The notes under the pieces are model-generated. The model was given only the letters and a program-made list of their open reading frames with translations, made no database searches and was not told the origin of the DNA. This document shows positions 10,884 through 25,945 of a stretch of 64,000 nt of DNA, one piece after another. Made by a program: the position numbers and the translations under genes. Numbering within the stretch: position 1 is the first letter of the stretch; each line of letters begins with the position of its first letter. The DNA is from the human T2T-CHM13v2.0 reference genome, Homo sapiens. The DNA lies in the NCBI RefSeq assembly GCF_009914755.1, contig NC_060928.1; one strand, given 5' to 3'.

Positions 10884-13129
10884 CTAGGACAGCGCTGGAG
10901 AAGTTGATATCTTCAGTCTAGGAAAAAGGAACAGGGATAGGAAATGACATCTCCCAGAATCAGGTGTGTAAAAGAGCACAACGTGTTTAGGGAGACAAAA
11001 GGGGTTCTGTGTGTCTGGATTTCAGTTAGGTAGAGTGGGGACCAATGAAGGGGTACAGCTAGGATAAATGTGGGACTAGAGAGTAAGGTGGGGGCTGGGT
11101 CACAAAAATTATAAGCCCCCTTTATAATGAGGCAGCCTTGGTCTCACCTCCCTCATTCCAGCTGAGGTAAAAGGACTTGCCTTCCTCCTTCTCTAACTTA
11201 CTTAGACACCTTCAATTTTCTGTCACGTGCATAATACCCTGTTAGGTACCTGGGGGTAGGATACTGATCTAGTGATCTAATTCTTTTCTCCAAAACACTG
11301 ATGAGATTGTGCTAAATGTGTGCTAAGCTTATGACAGAGACAGAATTATTTTAAAAACTCTTTGGAAAATGAAATTCTGGTTCACTTGACCCAAGGGATT
11401 GGGTCACTTGAATTCCGTGTGTATATACGCTCAGTAAAACACGTCAATATACTTGGTTCAAAAACAAAACTGAATCTTTCTCATGCTGGAGCCTGAAGAA
11501 CCAATATTCTACTCAATAATGCACTGATTTTTGATGTAATAGTTCTAAAATTTCTTCTCTGCTTCCACTTCCTTTTCCTTTGTTTTTTTCTGTCTTTCTT
11601 CTTCCATTTTTGTCTTTTCATTAAATCCATGTTGTCTAATGAGGTTTGGAATTGAAATATCGATGTTTAACCCAGAATTATCCCCATTGGTTTCTGGAAA
11701 TAGTCTTTATTTCAGCTGATTTACAAGGAACTGTTGACTTCATGGGTTTGTTCAAAACTGACACTTGCCTTGCCTGCCAACTCCTTGCAACTGCTCAAGC
11801 ACTGTTAGCATGAAGAATGATTATTTTATATAAAATAATCAGAATATCTTTAACAGTCATAGGTCAATGACAGGAAAAATGGTAATTTTGGGGAATGGGG
11901 CTGGGGAAATCCAGCAATGATTTTTATTTTATTTTGTTTTAAAAAAAGTGTTAAAACTGAAAACATATTTTGCCAACCACCTCCTCCCTTGCCTTTTTGA
12001 AAGTCCATATGTTCTTTAGGGAAAAATTGAATTCAGCTTCATTTGAGTCTTTGCAAAATTTTAAAAGTGTTATTTGATGTGCAAGATTTCTAGGTCTTCA
12101 GAAATCAGACCTAAAGTCAATTGTTTGGATGAAATTCAAACTGCATTTTCTCAACACTTTGAAAAAAATTTGAGTAAGATTCAAAAGTTCAATCTTTTTC
12201 TACTGCTAGTTGGCAGCAGATTGACACACTGGGAGAGTGTATTTACACATTGCTTATTTTCTGGTAGATGTTAGGAGGTCATAAATTTTGTTCATAACCA
12301 TTTTTATTCAGTATTTAATAAACAAGTTTTGCTTTGAACCAGCAGTGGCATGTTGTAGCTTTTGTGATTCCTCTTTCTCACGGGTGGAGTGGGTTCATTT
12401 TCTTAGTAGGAAAATACATTGCTCTATGTATGTTAAGCAACTTTGAGAGAAAATAGCCAATTGAAGGTTGTCAAGTAGAAATGAGCCTCGGAAAATCTAT
12501 TTATGCTTGTTTTGAATTCGGCAAGAACCTGATTATCTCAGTGGCTGAGTCCAAATTAGGATCCAGTTGAACAGGATAAGGCAAGTTTGCTGAACAGGAG
12601 GATGGGGGATGTTGGAATCTAATCCTTTCCCTTTTCACTATCTTACTGTGTGACCCTCATGAAGGCATTTCTTTTTTCCTCCTTGGGCCAGAGTTCTCTC
12701 ATTTGAAACAGAAGAAAATAGACCATAGCAGTGTTTTCAAGCTGAGTTCTTCAGAGCCCTGTGGTTCCAAAAATTGCTGTCTCCAGAGTTCCCCGGCTTT
12801 TATAGGTTTTATATGTAAAAGGTTTGCACACACACAAAAAAACTTAGATTAAAACGATTTGGTGACTACAAAGAAAGATAGAACAACCTTTAATAAACTG
12901 TACTGTTTTAGATTTAAAAAATTTTTTTTAACTTATATAATTACTAATTCTCATCATGGGTTTTAAATGACCTAAAGGAAATAATACCTGGACTTGAGCT
13001 TTGGAAATAGAAGTTTGATTTTACTTGTTGACACTGATCTGTTACATCCCAGGGATACTGGCCTTAAGTTGCTCCTCTGCTGTTTAAAACATACTGCTGG
13101 GTTTTAAAAGTGGCCTATACAATAAGCAT

Positions 13130-13682
13130 CTTGGTAAAATCAGGTGGCAATATCTCCTACAGCTGAAAATGTGAATAATTTAGGACTAGTAATTCCACAC
13201 TTAGATAAATGCCCAACAGAAATGCATATATATGTACATCAAAAGATATACACAAGAATGTTTATAGCAGCATTATTTGTAATAACTCTCAATTGGATAA
13301 TACCTACATTGCCACCAAGAGTAGAATGAATAAATAAATTTGTGTTGCATTCTCACCATGGAAAATTATTCAGCAATGAGGATGTTGGATCTGCAACTAC
13401 CCACAGCAAAGAGAAAAGAATACATCCTTATGAATTTAGAAAATGCAAAATCAGGAAAAACTAGTCTATATTATTGGAAGTCACGATTATGGATACTGCT
13501 GTGGGAGGAGATGAAAAAGTGGGAAAGGTTAATGAATGGGGGCTTCTGGGATGCACATAACGTACTGTTTCTCAACCTGGTGCTGGCAACATGTGTGGTC
13601 AGTTTTTGGAAATATATTAAGCTGTACAAATGTGATGTGCACCTTTCTGTATGCAGATTATATTTATTAAAATTTAAAAAAT
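13130..13682 (+). mobile_element. Old L1ME-type 3' end
   Basis: 'agaaatgcatatatatgtacatcaaaagatatacacaagaatgtttatagcagcattatttgtaata' and 'ggggcttctgggatgc' typical of L1M 3'UTR. Confidence 0.8.
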
Positions 13683-14039
13683 TCCTCTAGATTGTCTACT
13701 AAAGTCTGCTTCCCAAAATTAGTTAATTCAAAAGAAAATATTGTTATCAGTCTTGATAGTACTTTATTTTTATATCATGGGCAAAAGGGCATGAGTTAAA
13801 TATTAAGGTATTAAATTGAAATAATATTGGGCTAAAGGTGTTTACCTAATCATGTAAATGATTACCTGCCACCTTTGGTCACAGTGTTTCAGCCAGTTGT
13901 AAGCTTGGAAGGTGCTGGCTGATACTCTTACATCACTTGATATATTTTCCTTTCTTCTTATTGACTGTTTAGAACTCAACTCCTAGAGTTTTCTGTTTCT
14001 CCTCATGAAGGATAAACTGCTACAGAAATTTCCCTCATG

Positions 14040-16190
14040 CCATAACCAGATGTAACTGAGAAAAGTATATGAACTAATAATTGCCAGGCATTGGACAATA
14101 GGCAATACAAGACTGTGATGCATAGGAGAAGGGAAATAGAAATGGTAAGCCCTATGATTGTCTCAGTTTACTCTTTAAAAGGAAAAATTGAAACAGGATC
14201 AGTGGCCTTACTGAGTTGAGGAGACAAAGGTTGTTGTTCAGAGTTAAAGAGGTAGCTAGAATTTGAGGGGCAGAGTACTGGAGAGGAGGGAGGGAGGGTA
14301 GGGTGTAGAGAGAAAGAGAGAGAGAACCTGAGACCTACAAAGTGGCTCCTCTAGTTTGACTGAGTACTAATATGTGCATGTGTGGGAGGAAAATGCCTGA
14401 GGAAAAAAAAAATGAACCACTGGAAACTGATTGGCTGAAAAATTTCTGAAAGTCATACGGGGTTGAGAGTAATTTGTATTTCCACAAGTCATAACTTATT
14501 ATTCTAGGGCATGTGGTAGAGTCTTCAGAAAGGTCATACCTTAATAGTGTAGTTAAGTTAGCCCCAGAATAAAGGCTGGTCTGGACCTGACATAACAAAA
14601 CTTAAAGGCAAGTATTGTATGATTAAATTTCCTCTTCAAGTTACTTAGGTTGGGTGCTGTGGTAGGTTGAATAAAGGCTCCCAAATGTATCCATGTCCTG
14701 ATCTTTAGAAACTGAATATTACTTTATGTTAAAAAAGAGACTTTGAAGATGTGATTATGTAAAGGAATGTGAGATAGGAAAATTATTCTGGATTATTTGG
14801 GTGATGCCTAAGAGGAATATTTTACTGTAGAAGAGGAGAAGGCAACATACTGATGAAGTAGAGATTGTACTGATGTGGCCACAAGCCAAGGAATTCTGGC
14901 AGCCATCAGAGGCTAGAAGAGGTAAGGAATGAACTCTCATCTGGTTTCTCCAGAAGGAACCAGGCTTGCTGACATCTTGACTTTAGCCTTGTAAGACTTA
15001 TTTTGAACTTTGACCTCCAGGACCATGAAATAATAACATTTTATTGTTTTAACCATAAAATTTGTGGTGATTTGATACAGCACCAATAGAAAACTAATAC
15101 AAAGACCAAAAGAAAATTCAGCAGTGTTTAAAGGAATAGTAATTAAAAAAAAAACCCAGAACTCAACGATGTAAGTCACAATGTCTAGCATCCAATTAAA
15201 AATTACTAGGTATAAAGAAACGTAAATATATGACCAATAGCCAGGAAAAAGTAAATCAATCAATAGAACATATCCCCCAAATCAGGGGATGATGAAATTA
15301 GTAGACAACAGCCATTATAAATCTTCTAAATATGTTCAATAATATAAAATTTTTGAAAGCTTGAATATGGTGAGGAGTAAAAGAGAGAAAATAGACACAA
15401 ATGGAACTTTTAGAGATCAAAAATATATCTATAATGAAATACTCACTAGATGGGACAAACAGCAGATTAGATATTACAGAAGAAAATATCAGTGAATTTG
15501 AAGACATGAAAATAGAAACTACCTAAATTGAAGCAGAATGAGAAAAATGGGGAAAAAAGCTGTCCCACAGTGAGCTGTGGAAAAATATCAGGCAAATTAA
15601 CGTACATGTAATTGGAGTCTCAGAAGAAAAGGAGGTCAGAAAAAATATTTGCAGAAATAGCAAAACGTTTTCCAAATTTGATTAAAACTATAAACCCATA
15701 GATCCAAGAAGCTCAAAAAACCCCAAGCAGAAAAAATATACTAAGAACCACACCAAGTTATATCAAAATGAAACTGCAGAAAATCATCAAGAAAGAGAAG
15801 AATCTTAAAGGCAGATAAGAAAAGATGACATATTACACCCAGAAGGACAAAGATAGGAATGACAGAACACTTCTTGTCAGAAATCATGCAGTGCTGAAAG
15901 AAAAAACTGTCAACTAGAATTCTATGCTTAGTGATAGCATCTTGAAAAATGAAGGCAAAATAATGACTATTTTCTGAACCTCAAAACCTGAGAAATAATT
16001 TATCACCAGCAGATCTGCACTATAAGAAATGTTAAAGAAATTCCTCAGGCAGAAGAAAAATGAATACAAATTGAAGTCTGTATCTACAGGAAGGAATAAA
16101 GAGTGCCAGAAATGGCAAATATGTGGGTAAATAGAAAATATCTTTTTTTGTTCTAGAATCTTTTAAAAAGATAATTAGCTATTTAAGAGA
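14040..16190 (+). mobile_element. Old L1M 5' region/ORF1 remnant, split by an MLT1 LTR
   Basis: ORF1-like text 'atcagtgaatttgaagaca', 'atgtaattggagtctcagaag', 'acccatagatccaagaagctcaa', 'tcaccagcagatctgcactataagaaatgttaaag'. The 5' boundary is approximate. Confidence 0.82.
14658..15101 (+). mobile_element. MLT1D/C-like MaLR solo LTR
   Basis: 'tgtggtaggttgaataa'...'ggccacaagccaaggaa'...'agaaaactaataca'. Confidence 0.88.
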
Positions 16191-16789
16191 AACAAACAAC
16201 CAACCAACCAAATTCCAACTTGAGCTACTTGGACATACATTATGAACACATTTCTGCAAAAGAAGGTGTTCCGGCTACCTTGGTTGAGAAGATGGATCCA
16301 GCTTGGTTAAGTACTGTGTAGAGCTGCTGTGTGAATTGCATGTGAGGAAATTAGCTCCTGTGCTTCCCAGATCCTCTGGATATTGGTGCCACACAATGGA
16401 GCCATCAGTGCCCAGAATATCTGGGCCAGGCTTCTCACTAAAAAGCTACTATCTATTACTGTTCAGTCTTGTTTCTGGACAAACAGTGTCCAGGGGGCAT
16501 GGCTGGGACCCTATCTGTGGCAGGCATGGAGATGGTCATCAGGTTGAGAGAGAATAACGAGAAGTGATGCCCCAGTGGAGACCAGGCCTTTGTAGCTTGT
16601 CTAAAATGAAGTCACCAAAAGCCACACATGGCCAAGGCAGAGAGGAGCTGATAAGAGAAAAGGTTCAAAATACTTGTTAAATATTGAGAGGGCTTGGAAT
16701 TAGTTCTGTTTGGAAGAGTAGGTAGCTATGGTGACTTTTTATTTGGTTTCTGTGGTTGCAACTTGGTGTCAGGAGAATTTAAAAGTATA

Positions 16790-17060
16790 CCTTCTATTCT
16801 ACAAAATGTAAATTAATTTATGGTGATGGAAAGAAAATCAGTGGTTGCCTGGGGATGGTAGTAGGTGGGCAGGGAAGGATCAGAGCAAGTCACTTCAAAG
16901 AGGTATGAGAAAACTAATTTTGGGGGAATAGACATGTTCATTATTATCCTGATTGTGGTGATCATTTCACAGATGTATACTGATATCAATACTTATCAAG
17001 TTGTATACTTTAAACATATGCAGTTTGTTGTTATTAATTATATCCCAATAAAGCTGTTTG
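16790..17060 (+). mobile_element. L1M 3' terminal fragment
   Basis: 'aatcagtggttgcctgggga', 'ttgtatactttaaacatatgcagttt...caataaagctgtt'. Confidence 0.78.
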
Positions 17061-17492
17061 CTTTCTTATTCAATTTTACTGAAGTAATTAATATTCTATC
17101 CCAGAGTTGGCTGTTTATGCTTTCATTTCATCTTCATGCAGGGTCCACTGTTCTGGAATTACACTTGGTATCATACTGAAAGTTGCAAGCATTCCAGATG
17201 GTGTAACTGACATGAGAGACAAATCAGTCATTCAATTTAGGGATGCCAGTGAGTTCCAAAAGGTGAGGGGAAGTTTGTTTTTCATTGCTTACATGTGGAA
17301 AGGCAGCATCTCAAGTCCAATTTTATGGTCAGGTCTCTATCCAGAACTCTTTGGGTACTCACATCCTCATGTTCTCAGCATCCAGCTGGCCAGATCTCAC
17401 CTCCCAGTCTCTACTCTTCATTGACCTAGAATGATATATGCAAATCACATGCAAATGAAGAACATTTACACATTTCATTATTTACCAGTTGA

Positions 17493-17840
<348 letters not shown>

Positions 17841-19059
17841 CTGTTTAATTTTTGACAAGACATTGCAATAATACACAATTTCCGAGTTGAACTTAAAATT
17901 CATTTGCCACAATAATATCTTATTATTCAAGCATTCATTCTAACAAGGATAGGGTTTTTTTTTCTTTTTAATCCATATTGCTTAGTCCCTGCAGAATGTG
18001 AAACATTGAAAAAAGGTGGGGGCTTTTAAATCAGATAGGCTAAATTCAAATCTTTCACAGGCAAAATCTGTAATGGGGCATAAACTATTGAAATTTTCTT
18101 CCCTGTAATTTCCTTAAGTGTGAAATTAGATAATGATAGCTTTCTTTTAGGTGTTTTTGTTTGTTTTTGGTGAAGATTAGAGATGATATGTGTAAAGTGT
18201 CCAGCACAATGTCTGAATGGACGCAATAAACAATAGTGGACTGTTTGTAAACACAAGCACATTTCATGGCTTTTTGAAAATCAATTTCTAAAGGTAAAAT
18301 TAGACTAGGAAATTTGATTCCTGTTTTTCCTCCTGCCCCCCACTCATTCCTAAATTCATACCTATTACAATTTCCTTAATTCTTTGTTGCTTGATGAGTG
18401 AAACATTAGTTTTAGCTTTCCTGAAGTTAGATTTTTCAGAGGGCGAATTCTTCCTCTGTTCTCCTCCTCCACTCCAAAGGTCTCATTTTCTTTTCCTTTG
18501 TTTCCAAGCTAAGACAAAAATCTTGGCTATGGGAAGTATTTATTGGGTGCCATTTAGACAAATATAAGAATGTGATTGAATACTCTCCATGACTGTCGGT
18601 TGAAACTAAACACGGAGTTGCCATGGATACTGGTTGCTTGGCCTCTGCTCCAACACATTAGAGCCTTTTTAGTTCAACAATGTGCAAACCACAGATGTTG
18701 CCATGCATTGTATTCATAATCAGCTTGGATCTCTTAGCAGAAGAATATCTTGAGTTTGTTTTAGCAGACAGGATCCACATTCTCAGATGGAAAACAAAAT
18801 GCCCTGTGCCCTGCATGGTGTCTCCAGGTATAGGTGGCAACTTCTGCAGGCAGTTTTCATCTCTCCCTCTGCTTCATTTAACCTAGATATTCTTGTTTTG
18901 ATATTTATTTGGAAGAAGAATCTCTATTGCACATTTTATAAAACACTACTAGGGCATCTGCTAGAACAATTATACATAGCTTTGGGTACAGAATTTAAAA
19001 GAAAGCATATTCAAAGAAGAAAGACTGCAAGAAAATCCCAGGTTCCATTTGAGAGCTGG

Positions 19060-19350
19060 AGTGGAGTCACAGCAGAGAGATCCCAGGTTGACACAGAAAG
19101 TTCTGTCTTTGCCACTCATTAGCTGTGTGTCCTTGGGCAAATTAAACAGCGTAAGCCATCGTTTCTTCATTCTACTGGCTCTTCTACTGGTAAGAACCCT
19201 TGCAATTACATTGAGCCCACCTGGATAATACAAGGTAATCTCTCTAAGGCTAGTTGATTAGCAAGTTTAATTCCATCTACAATGGTAATTCCTCTTTGCC
19301 ATGTAACATACTCACATCTTCTGGGGATCTAAAGATGTATATGGACACCT
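19060..19350. mobile_element. MIR core joined to an antisense MLT1 fragment
   Basis: 'gccactcattagctgtgtgtccttgggcaaatt' then 'aattacattgagcccacctggataatacaaggtaatctc'. Confidence 0.7.
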
Positions 19351-21491
19351 CTCGGAGGGAAGAATTACTCTACAGTGCAAAGATGCAAAAGAAGTTTTGC
19401 TTTTTCTTGCTGCCCACAAATGCCTATATCTTGTTCATTAGTTCCTTTCCCACTGTTAGCAAAAGGGGCAATTCTAATGACCTATTTTAGATTTTCTCAG
19501 TCTCTTTTGATAAATGTTCAGTTGAATCCCACCCAGGGCTTTTTCTTCCTTCAGAGATTGATTCGTTTCTTTTCTTACTCTTGTTTGGTATCTGAGCATT
19601 TAAAAGCTTGAGTGATTTCATGATGGCATGGGCATGAGAACAGTTGTATGCCTCTCAGGGAGGCAGTGCTGAAGGATGTTGAAGAGCCCTTTCTTCTACC
19701 CTTTCTCTGTGCAAACACTCAACCCTGCTATATTTATTCTGCCCAGGCTGCCTAGCCTTACTGCAACTGTGAAGCGTTCTTCTCTCTTCTAATGCATACA
19801 ATGTGTTAAAATAAATTCATACTATTAAGCATCAACCTGTAAAAAATGCTTCCAGAAATAATATGGTCTTATCAGGAAGACATTGAACCTAGAAATATTT
19901 TTTGCAAGAAATATTTTCCTTGCTCACTGCCATCCAGTTAGAGCTTGATGCCTAGAGTCCACAATTATAATCTTTTTTCCTTAAGCCTTCTCTAAAACAC
20001 TGGATATTTCATGGATAAAACAATGATAAGATTTTTTGCCTTGTTGCTGCAGTAGAAAATTATGGAAAACTGGACAGTATTTACAGGAAAAATTGCTTAT
20101 TCTCCTAAATAAATATTTGAGGTTATTATAAAGAGAAGGGATATCTAATTCTTTCATCGAACTTAAGTGATCACAAACCTACTGGAAACAATATAACCCA
20201 AACATCTCTTTCCACACATTTTTGGTTGTCAAGAACAATTATAAGTAAGGGAGTTGCCTCAGTAGTATCGTGGAGCAATCTTATTTGATTTTTATTCCCT
20301 GTTTAGCTGCTTCGCTGTGAACAAGGCATCATTTATTGTTAGCTATAGGCATAACTCACTGTTGGAGGAGAGGTGAACATGAATATATTTGTAAGCCAGC
20401 CCTGGGTAAAATATGTGGTGAACAAAGCTTTCTGATTAGTGGCTCAGGTTCTTCTCTGGTCCCCACCAAGTGAAGAGACAATGGTAACATTTGAAGAAGA
20501 AAATGTTATTGTTGATTTCAGCACTGGGACAAAGAGGCAGTGATGGTGGTGGAGGTAGAGAGGGGAGGATGAAAACTAACCTTTCCTGAAGCATAATAGT
20601 ATGATGTGTTAGGCTCTCTCACAAGTAGGCTTAGTTTATCCTCCCTACAACTCGGTGACGGTAGTAGTGCTATTATGGACATGGTGATAGTGACTGGCTG
20701 TTTCTCTTTTTTATACACCCAACATTCATTCCCTCGCAAGTTCTTATGATTTCTGTGCATTTCTAAATACACCCCTATAGTCAAAGTCACTATCAACTCT
20801 CACCTGGACCCCTGTGACAACTCTTCTAACAGCTCTCTCTGTCCCTCTGCTTCTATTCTTTACCCTTTCAATTTATTTACACATATTTAGAGACATTAGT
20901 TATATCATATCATGCCTTTAATTAAATTCCCCCAATGTCTTTTTAGAGAACTAAGAATAAAATATAACTCATCAGTCAGGAGAAGTTAAGTTCTTTAAAA
21001 ACGTTTATCTTTCTCTTATGCTGCACATCAATTGTGGGTCTACTTGGGGGCTCTGGTCATCATTGACACTAAGGGACCTCGACTGATGGAGGCTCCATTT
21101 TGGCCTGTACTGCTGTGATCACTGAGGCAAAGCAAATAGATGAGGTGAATTCCATGCTGGCTATTTGAAAGCTTCTGCCTGGAAGTGACTCATTTCTTTG
21201 GTATCTCAACTTTGATTGGTCGAAGCAAGTAACATGACCTCACTTGCATTCAGCTGGGTACAGACAGCTATCATGTCACATTTCACTGAAAGAGAGAACT
21301 AAAAAATTGTGGACGGTCTCAATGACCACCACAGATACCCATTATCATAATTGACACGGTTTGGTTTTGCTTTGGTGCTCTCCATTTTTTGGATTTCAGC
21401 TCCTTTCATCATCCTTGCGATTATGGGTTGAGGTATTTTCACTAGCTGTTCCCTCTGCCTGGAATGCTCTTTCCTGCAGTTCTTGGCTTGA

Positions 21492-21750
21492 CTAGCCAGA
21501 CACAAAAGGCTATGTATTGTAGGAGTCCACCCATGTGAAATGTCCTGAAAAGGCAAATTTGTAGAAACAGAAAATACATGAATAGTTGCCAGGAATTGAG
21601 GTTAGGAGAGAATATGGAATGACTGCTAATGGGCACAAGGTTTCATTTTGGTATAATGACAAGGTTTTGGGATTAGACAGTGGTGATGGTTGCACAATTC
21701 ATGAAAATACTAAAAACCACGGAATTGTACATTTTTTAAGGGTGAGTTCT
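21492..21750 (+). mobile_element. L1MB-type 3' end fragment
   Basis: 'agccagacacaaaaggc', 'gactgctaatgggcacaaggtttc', 'ggtgatggttgcacaa', 'aaaccacggaattgtacattt'. Confidence 0.85.
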
Positions 21751-22112
21751 TTTTAAGGTCCAGTGAATACTTTTATTGTATGCTTGGGAATTACAATGAT
21801 CAAATCAAACAATGTGAAATTGTGTGCTCCTTTTGGTCTTTTCATTAAAAGGACTTGAAAAAATAATGATGCATCAGCACTTGTGTTATATATAATACAA
21901 ATATTAAAAGTCCATTCAATGAGTTTGTAAATTAAAGCCAGAAGATGCTTACTTTACATTTTTAATAACCCCCACACATCTAATACCTCAAACCAAAACT
22001 AATTTGCAACAATGAAAATGGAATGTTTTCCTATCTAAACATGAAGAGTAATAATCATGCTATATTGGCATCCAGGTGAGATCTTTCCCTTATAAGGTGT
22101 CTGAAATAAGCA

Positions 22113-22405
<293 letters not shown>

Positions 22406-24296
22406 TAAGTACTTTTTATTATGAAACTGTTGGCAGTGTTTGAATGAGTCTGGTGGGTTTCTATGTTCATGATTTTTACTTTTCCAAATTGTCATGAGGT
22501 CCCCTTCTGCTTGTCTCTAACCTCAGCCCCTATCAAGTATCCCTTCCTGCTCTGTGCTCCTGTGACCCTAGACTGTCAGTCCCTTTGACCTCCCAGCAGG
22601 TCTCTTGGGCAAGCCTTTTCAGAAGACTTTGCCTCCAGGCCCCTCATGACATGCAACTTCTTGTCTTTCAAAATCTAGTCCCCATGTCACCTCCTCAGTG
22701 AGGTCTTCGAAACTATACACAGTAATTGTTGTCCTCCCCTACCTCTGCTTCCTTGTCTCATTTTTTTTTCTTTCTTTCTTTATACCACGTATCACCATCT
22801 GCAGTGATCTTGCTCATTAGTTCATGGACTGATTTTCCATCTGCTCTCAACAGAATGTTTCAGAAGGCCAGAAGTTTTGCCTTTCTTACTCCTGTATCTC
22901 TGGAAGCTTGAACTCCATCCAGCACTTCAGAGGTCTCGATAGATGTCTGTGGATAAAGTTATTGAATAAGTACACTTAACAGCATACACTTTGTAAAATA
23001 GTTAGATAGACATGGGTTCAATCTCCAACTCTACCACTTATTAAGATGAGACCCTCACCTTTAGCCAATAACTTTACTTCTCTGTGACGCTTTCCTATAT
23101 TTAAAAAGGGCATGAGAACAGTGCTATTGTGCAATTTAAAAGCAACAGTGACTATAAAGTAGTTGGTAGTGCACCTATCAAATAGTGAGCCTTCAATAAA
23201 TGTTATCTATATGGAAAATCATATTATTAGTTTTACATCATTTCCTTATAACTCTTAGCTCTGACTAATGGGACAACTTGCTCAGCTTTGTAAACAGCCT
23301 AGATCATATATAATGTATAATTTTGCCACATGTCTATTTGGAGCTTAGAAATGTAATTAGAAAGTTACCTTTTTAATATTCCCTCAAGTTAGAAACAGTT
23401 TTGCTTTAGTTCAAGTAGAGTTATTCAATTTGATTTCTATTTTGATTAAATCAAAAACATATTAAGAATGCTAGATATACATGCTTACTAATTGGCTTCA
23501 TCAAAGGTTTTTTTAACACCTAAAATTTTTCAGCTTGAAATAACTCTAAGTTCAGACCCATGCCAAGATAGTGATAAATACCTTTTAACATATGGATGTC
23601 TAGTTGTACATATTTTTAATACTCAAAACATTCCTTGGAAGGAATTATGAGATGCGAGATATTTTGAAGGAAATAGAAATTAACATTAGCACTTGTATTA
23701 ATCATTTCCCTCTAAATAAATAATAGATAGGTGGTAATATATGCCCAAAGAAGAGCCAAGTCATTGTGAATCAATGGAAGAAAATGGAAGAGAGGAAAAG
23801 TGACACCTGAGTACTCAGGGGATATGTCTGGATAGAAACATTCAAGTACAGCATTACAAAGACCTAGAAGATGCTCAGAGAAGAATAGACAGGGAATCAG
23901 AGGACTTGAATCTAGCTCAATTTGGCCACTAGCTGGCTTGTGATCTTGAGCAGCTCTAAATAACCTCGCTGCCATAGTTTTTCTATATATTAAGTAGGTT
24001 TAATTCCATCTACTTTGTCTTCTTCACAGGGTTGTGATGATAAAGTAAAATAACAATTGAAGAATTTGGGAAAAGAAAGTCCACTCTATGGACACAAAAT
24101 GCATCTACTACATGTTGTAATATGTATTTGGAATAAAAGTAACATTTATTGATTCAGTGTTGATTTATGCTAATTGAATCTCTATACAATCCTGAGAGAG
24201 GTATCCCCTTTTATGGATGGCAAAACTGAGGCTGAGGAAGGAAAAGCAATTGTAGCAGCTACTAAAAGGCTGAGTCAGGATTCAAGCCTTTAGGCC

Positions 24297-24656
24297 TGAT
24301 ATGGTTTGGCTGTGTCCACACCCAAATCTCATCTTGAATTGTAGCTCTCATAATCCCCACATGTCATGGGAGGGACCCTGTGGGAGGTCATTGAATCATG
24401 GGGATGGATTTTCCCGTGCTGTTCTCATGATAGTGAATAAGCCTCACAAGATCTGATGGTTTTATAAAGGGCAGTTCCCCTGCACATGCTCTCTTGCCTG
24501 CCACCATGTAAAACGTGCCTTGCTCCTCCTTTGCCTTCTGCCATGATTGTGAGCCCTCCCTAGCCATGTGGAACTGTACGTCCATTAAACCTCTTTTTCT
24601 TTATAATTTACCCAGTCTCAGGTATTTCTTCATAACAGTATGAATGGACTAATACA
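24297..24656 (+). mobile_element. THE1 (THE1D-like) MaLR solo LTR inserted in a MIR
   Basis: 'tgatatggtttggctgtgtcc' ... 'atggactaataca'; TSD aggcc/aggtc; MIR-like sequence ('aactgaggctgag...ggattcaagcc' | 'tctgtctga') on both sides. Confidence 0.93.
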
Positions 24657-25539
24657 AGGTCTGTCTGATCTTAAGATCCATGCAACTTTCCAAGACATCA
24701 GTCTCATAAAATAAAACAGTGATGGAGTGGAGCTGTTACCATCTGTATCAGAGTGCCAATGCTTCCTGGGTGGGCACCACTGCTGTATTCTGAGGGAGTA
24801 TTTTAAGGAAAATGTACATCTCATTATGAATTTATTTTTCACACATATTAAAAAATTAGAATCAATAATTTAAAACTTCTTTTTTTTACAGTTTAATAAA
24901 ATCACCTTATAGTTTTCTTATGGCTCATACCGAGAATGAGCATATCTACCAAGGGCAGATATTATTTCACTCCATTTATTTCTAAACCCTTTCTAATGCT
25001 GCCTAGAATTTGCCAATCTTTTGGGGCTTTGTTGATTATTGGATTTTTTTGTTTTTACGTGAAGACATATATATCCTCAATTTCTCATGTGTTGTTTTTG
25101 TATCTGTTCCTTGATCTTCCTTCCCTAAGTTACTTCATGAATCTGAGTTTTGATTCTGCTTTGTACTTGGGTAAAGAATGCGGTAGTGAGTGACAGTACC
25201 CCTCAGGCAAGGAAGTCCTACTTCACCTTGCAGTGAGTGAATGTTAAGAATGCATTTACAAGGTCACACAAAAATGTGAATTTGGGAAATTCTAGAAAGC
25301 AGACATGGGGAAACATATTCTTAGCAGAACACTAAGGGAAAGGAGAGATGCTGGAGATGTACCCAGCCAAAGGGGCCTCACAATGGGAGATAACACTTAA
25401 CATTCAGAGATTACAAACCTATTGGGCCAATAATAGAATTTATTACCTCTTTCCTAATCATAATGAATGCAAAAATAAATATGAATCAGCAAGGTAGTAT
25501 GTGTGCAAAGGCCAGTGAGAAGTGGGCTAGGAAGTATAA

Positions 25540-25945
25540 GGTTTAGAGATATAATAGAAAACATCCTGTATTTAGAATCGAAAGGCTGGGTTTAAGTCTT
25601 TGTTGTAGCCTGTGATCCTGCCTGTGATTTTGGAGAAACTTAATTTCTCCAAGTTCTCCTTTGTAAAATGGGGATAATAATAACTCTCCTTTATTTAATA
25701 TTTACTAAATGCCAGGTACTGTGCAGAGTTCTCACAATAACCCTATGAATTCAGTATTATTATCTCCATTTTACAGATGGAGAAACTGAGGCTCAGAGAG
25801 GTGAAGTAACTTACTTCAAGGTAATCAGTTAATAGCTAGCTGAGCAAAGATCCTAGTCCAGCTTTTATTTTGAAACTTTATACTTTACTGTTCTATCCTG
25901 CCCAGAGAGTTGAAGGAAAACAATATTTATAATTGTGTATGAAAA
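25540..25945. mobile_element. Two MIRs in opposite orientation (antisense copy apparently within a sense copy)
   Basis: 'tgtaaaatggggataataata' (~25662) and 'ccattttacagatggagaaactgaggctcagagaggtgaagtaactt' (~25766). Confidence 0.75.
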
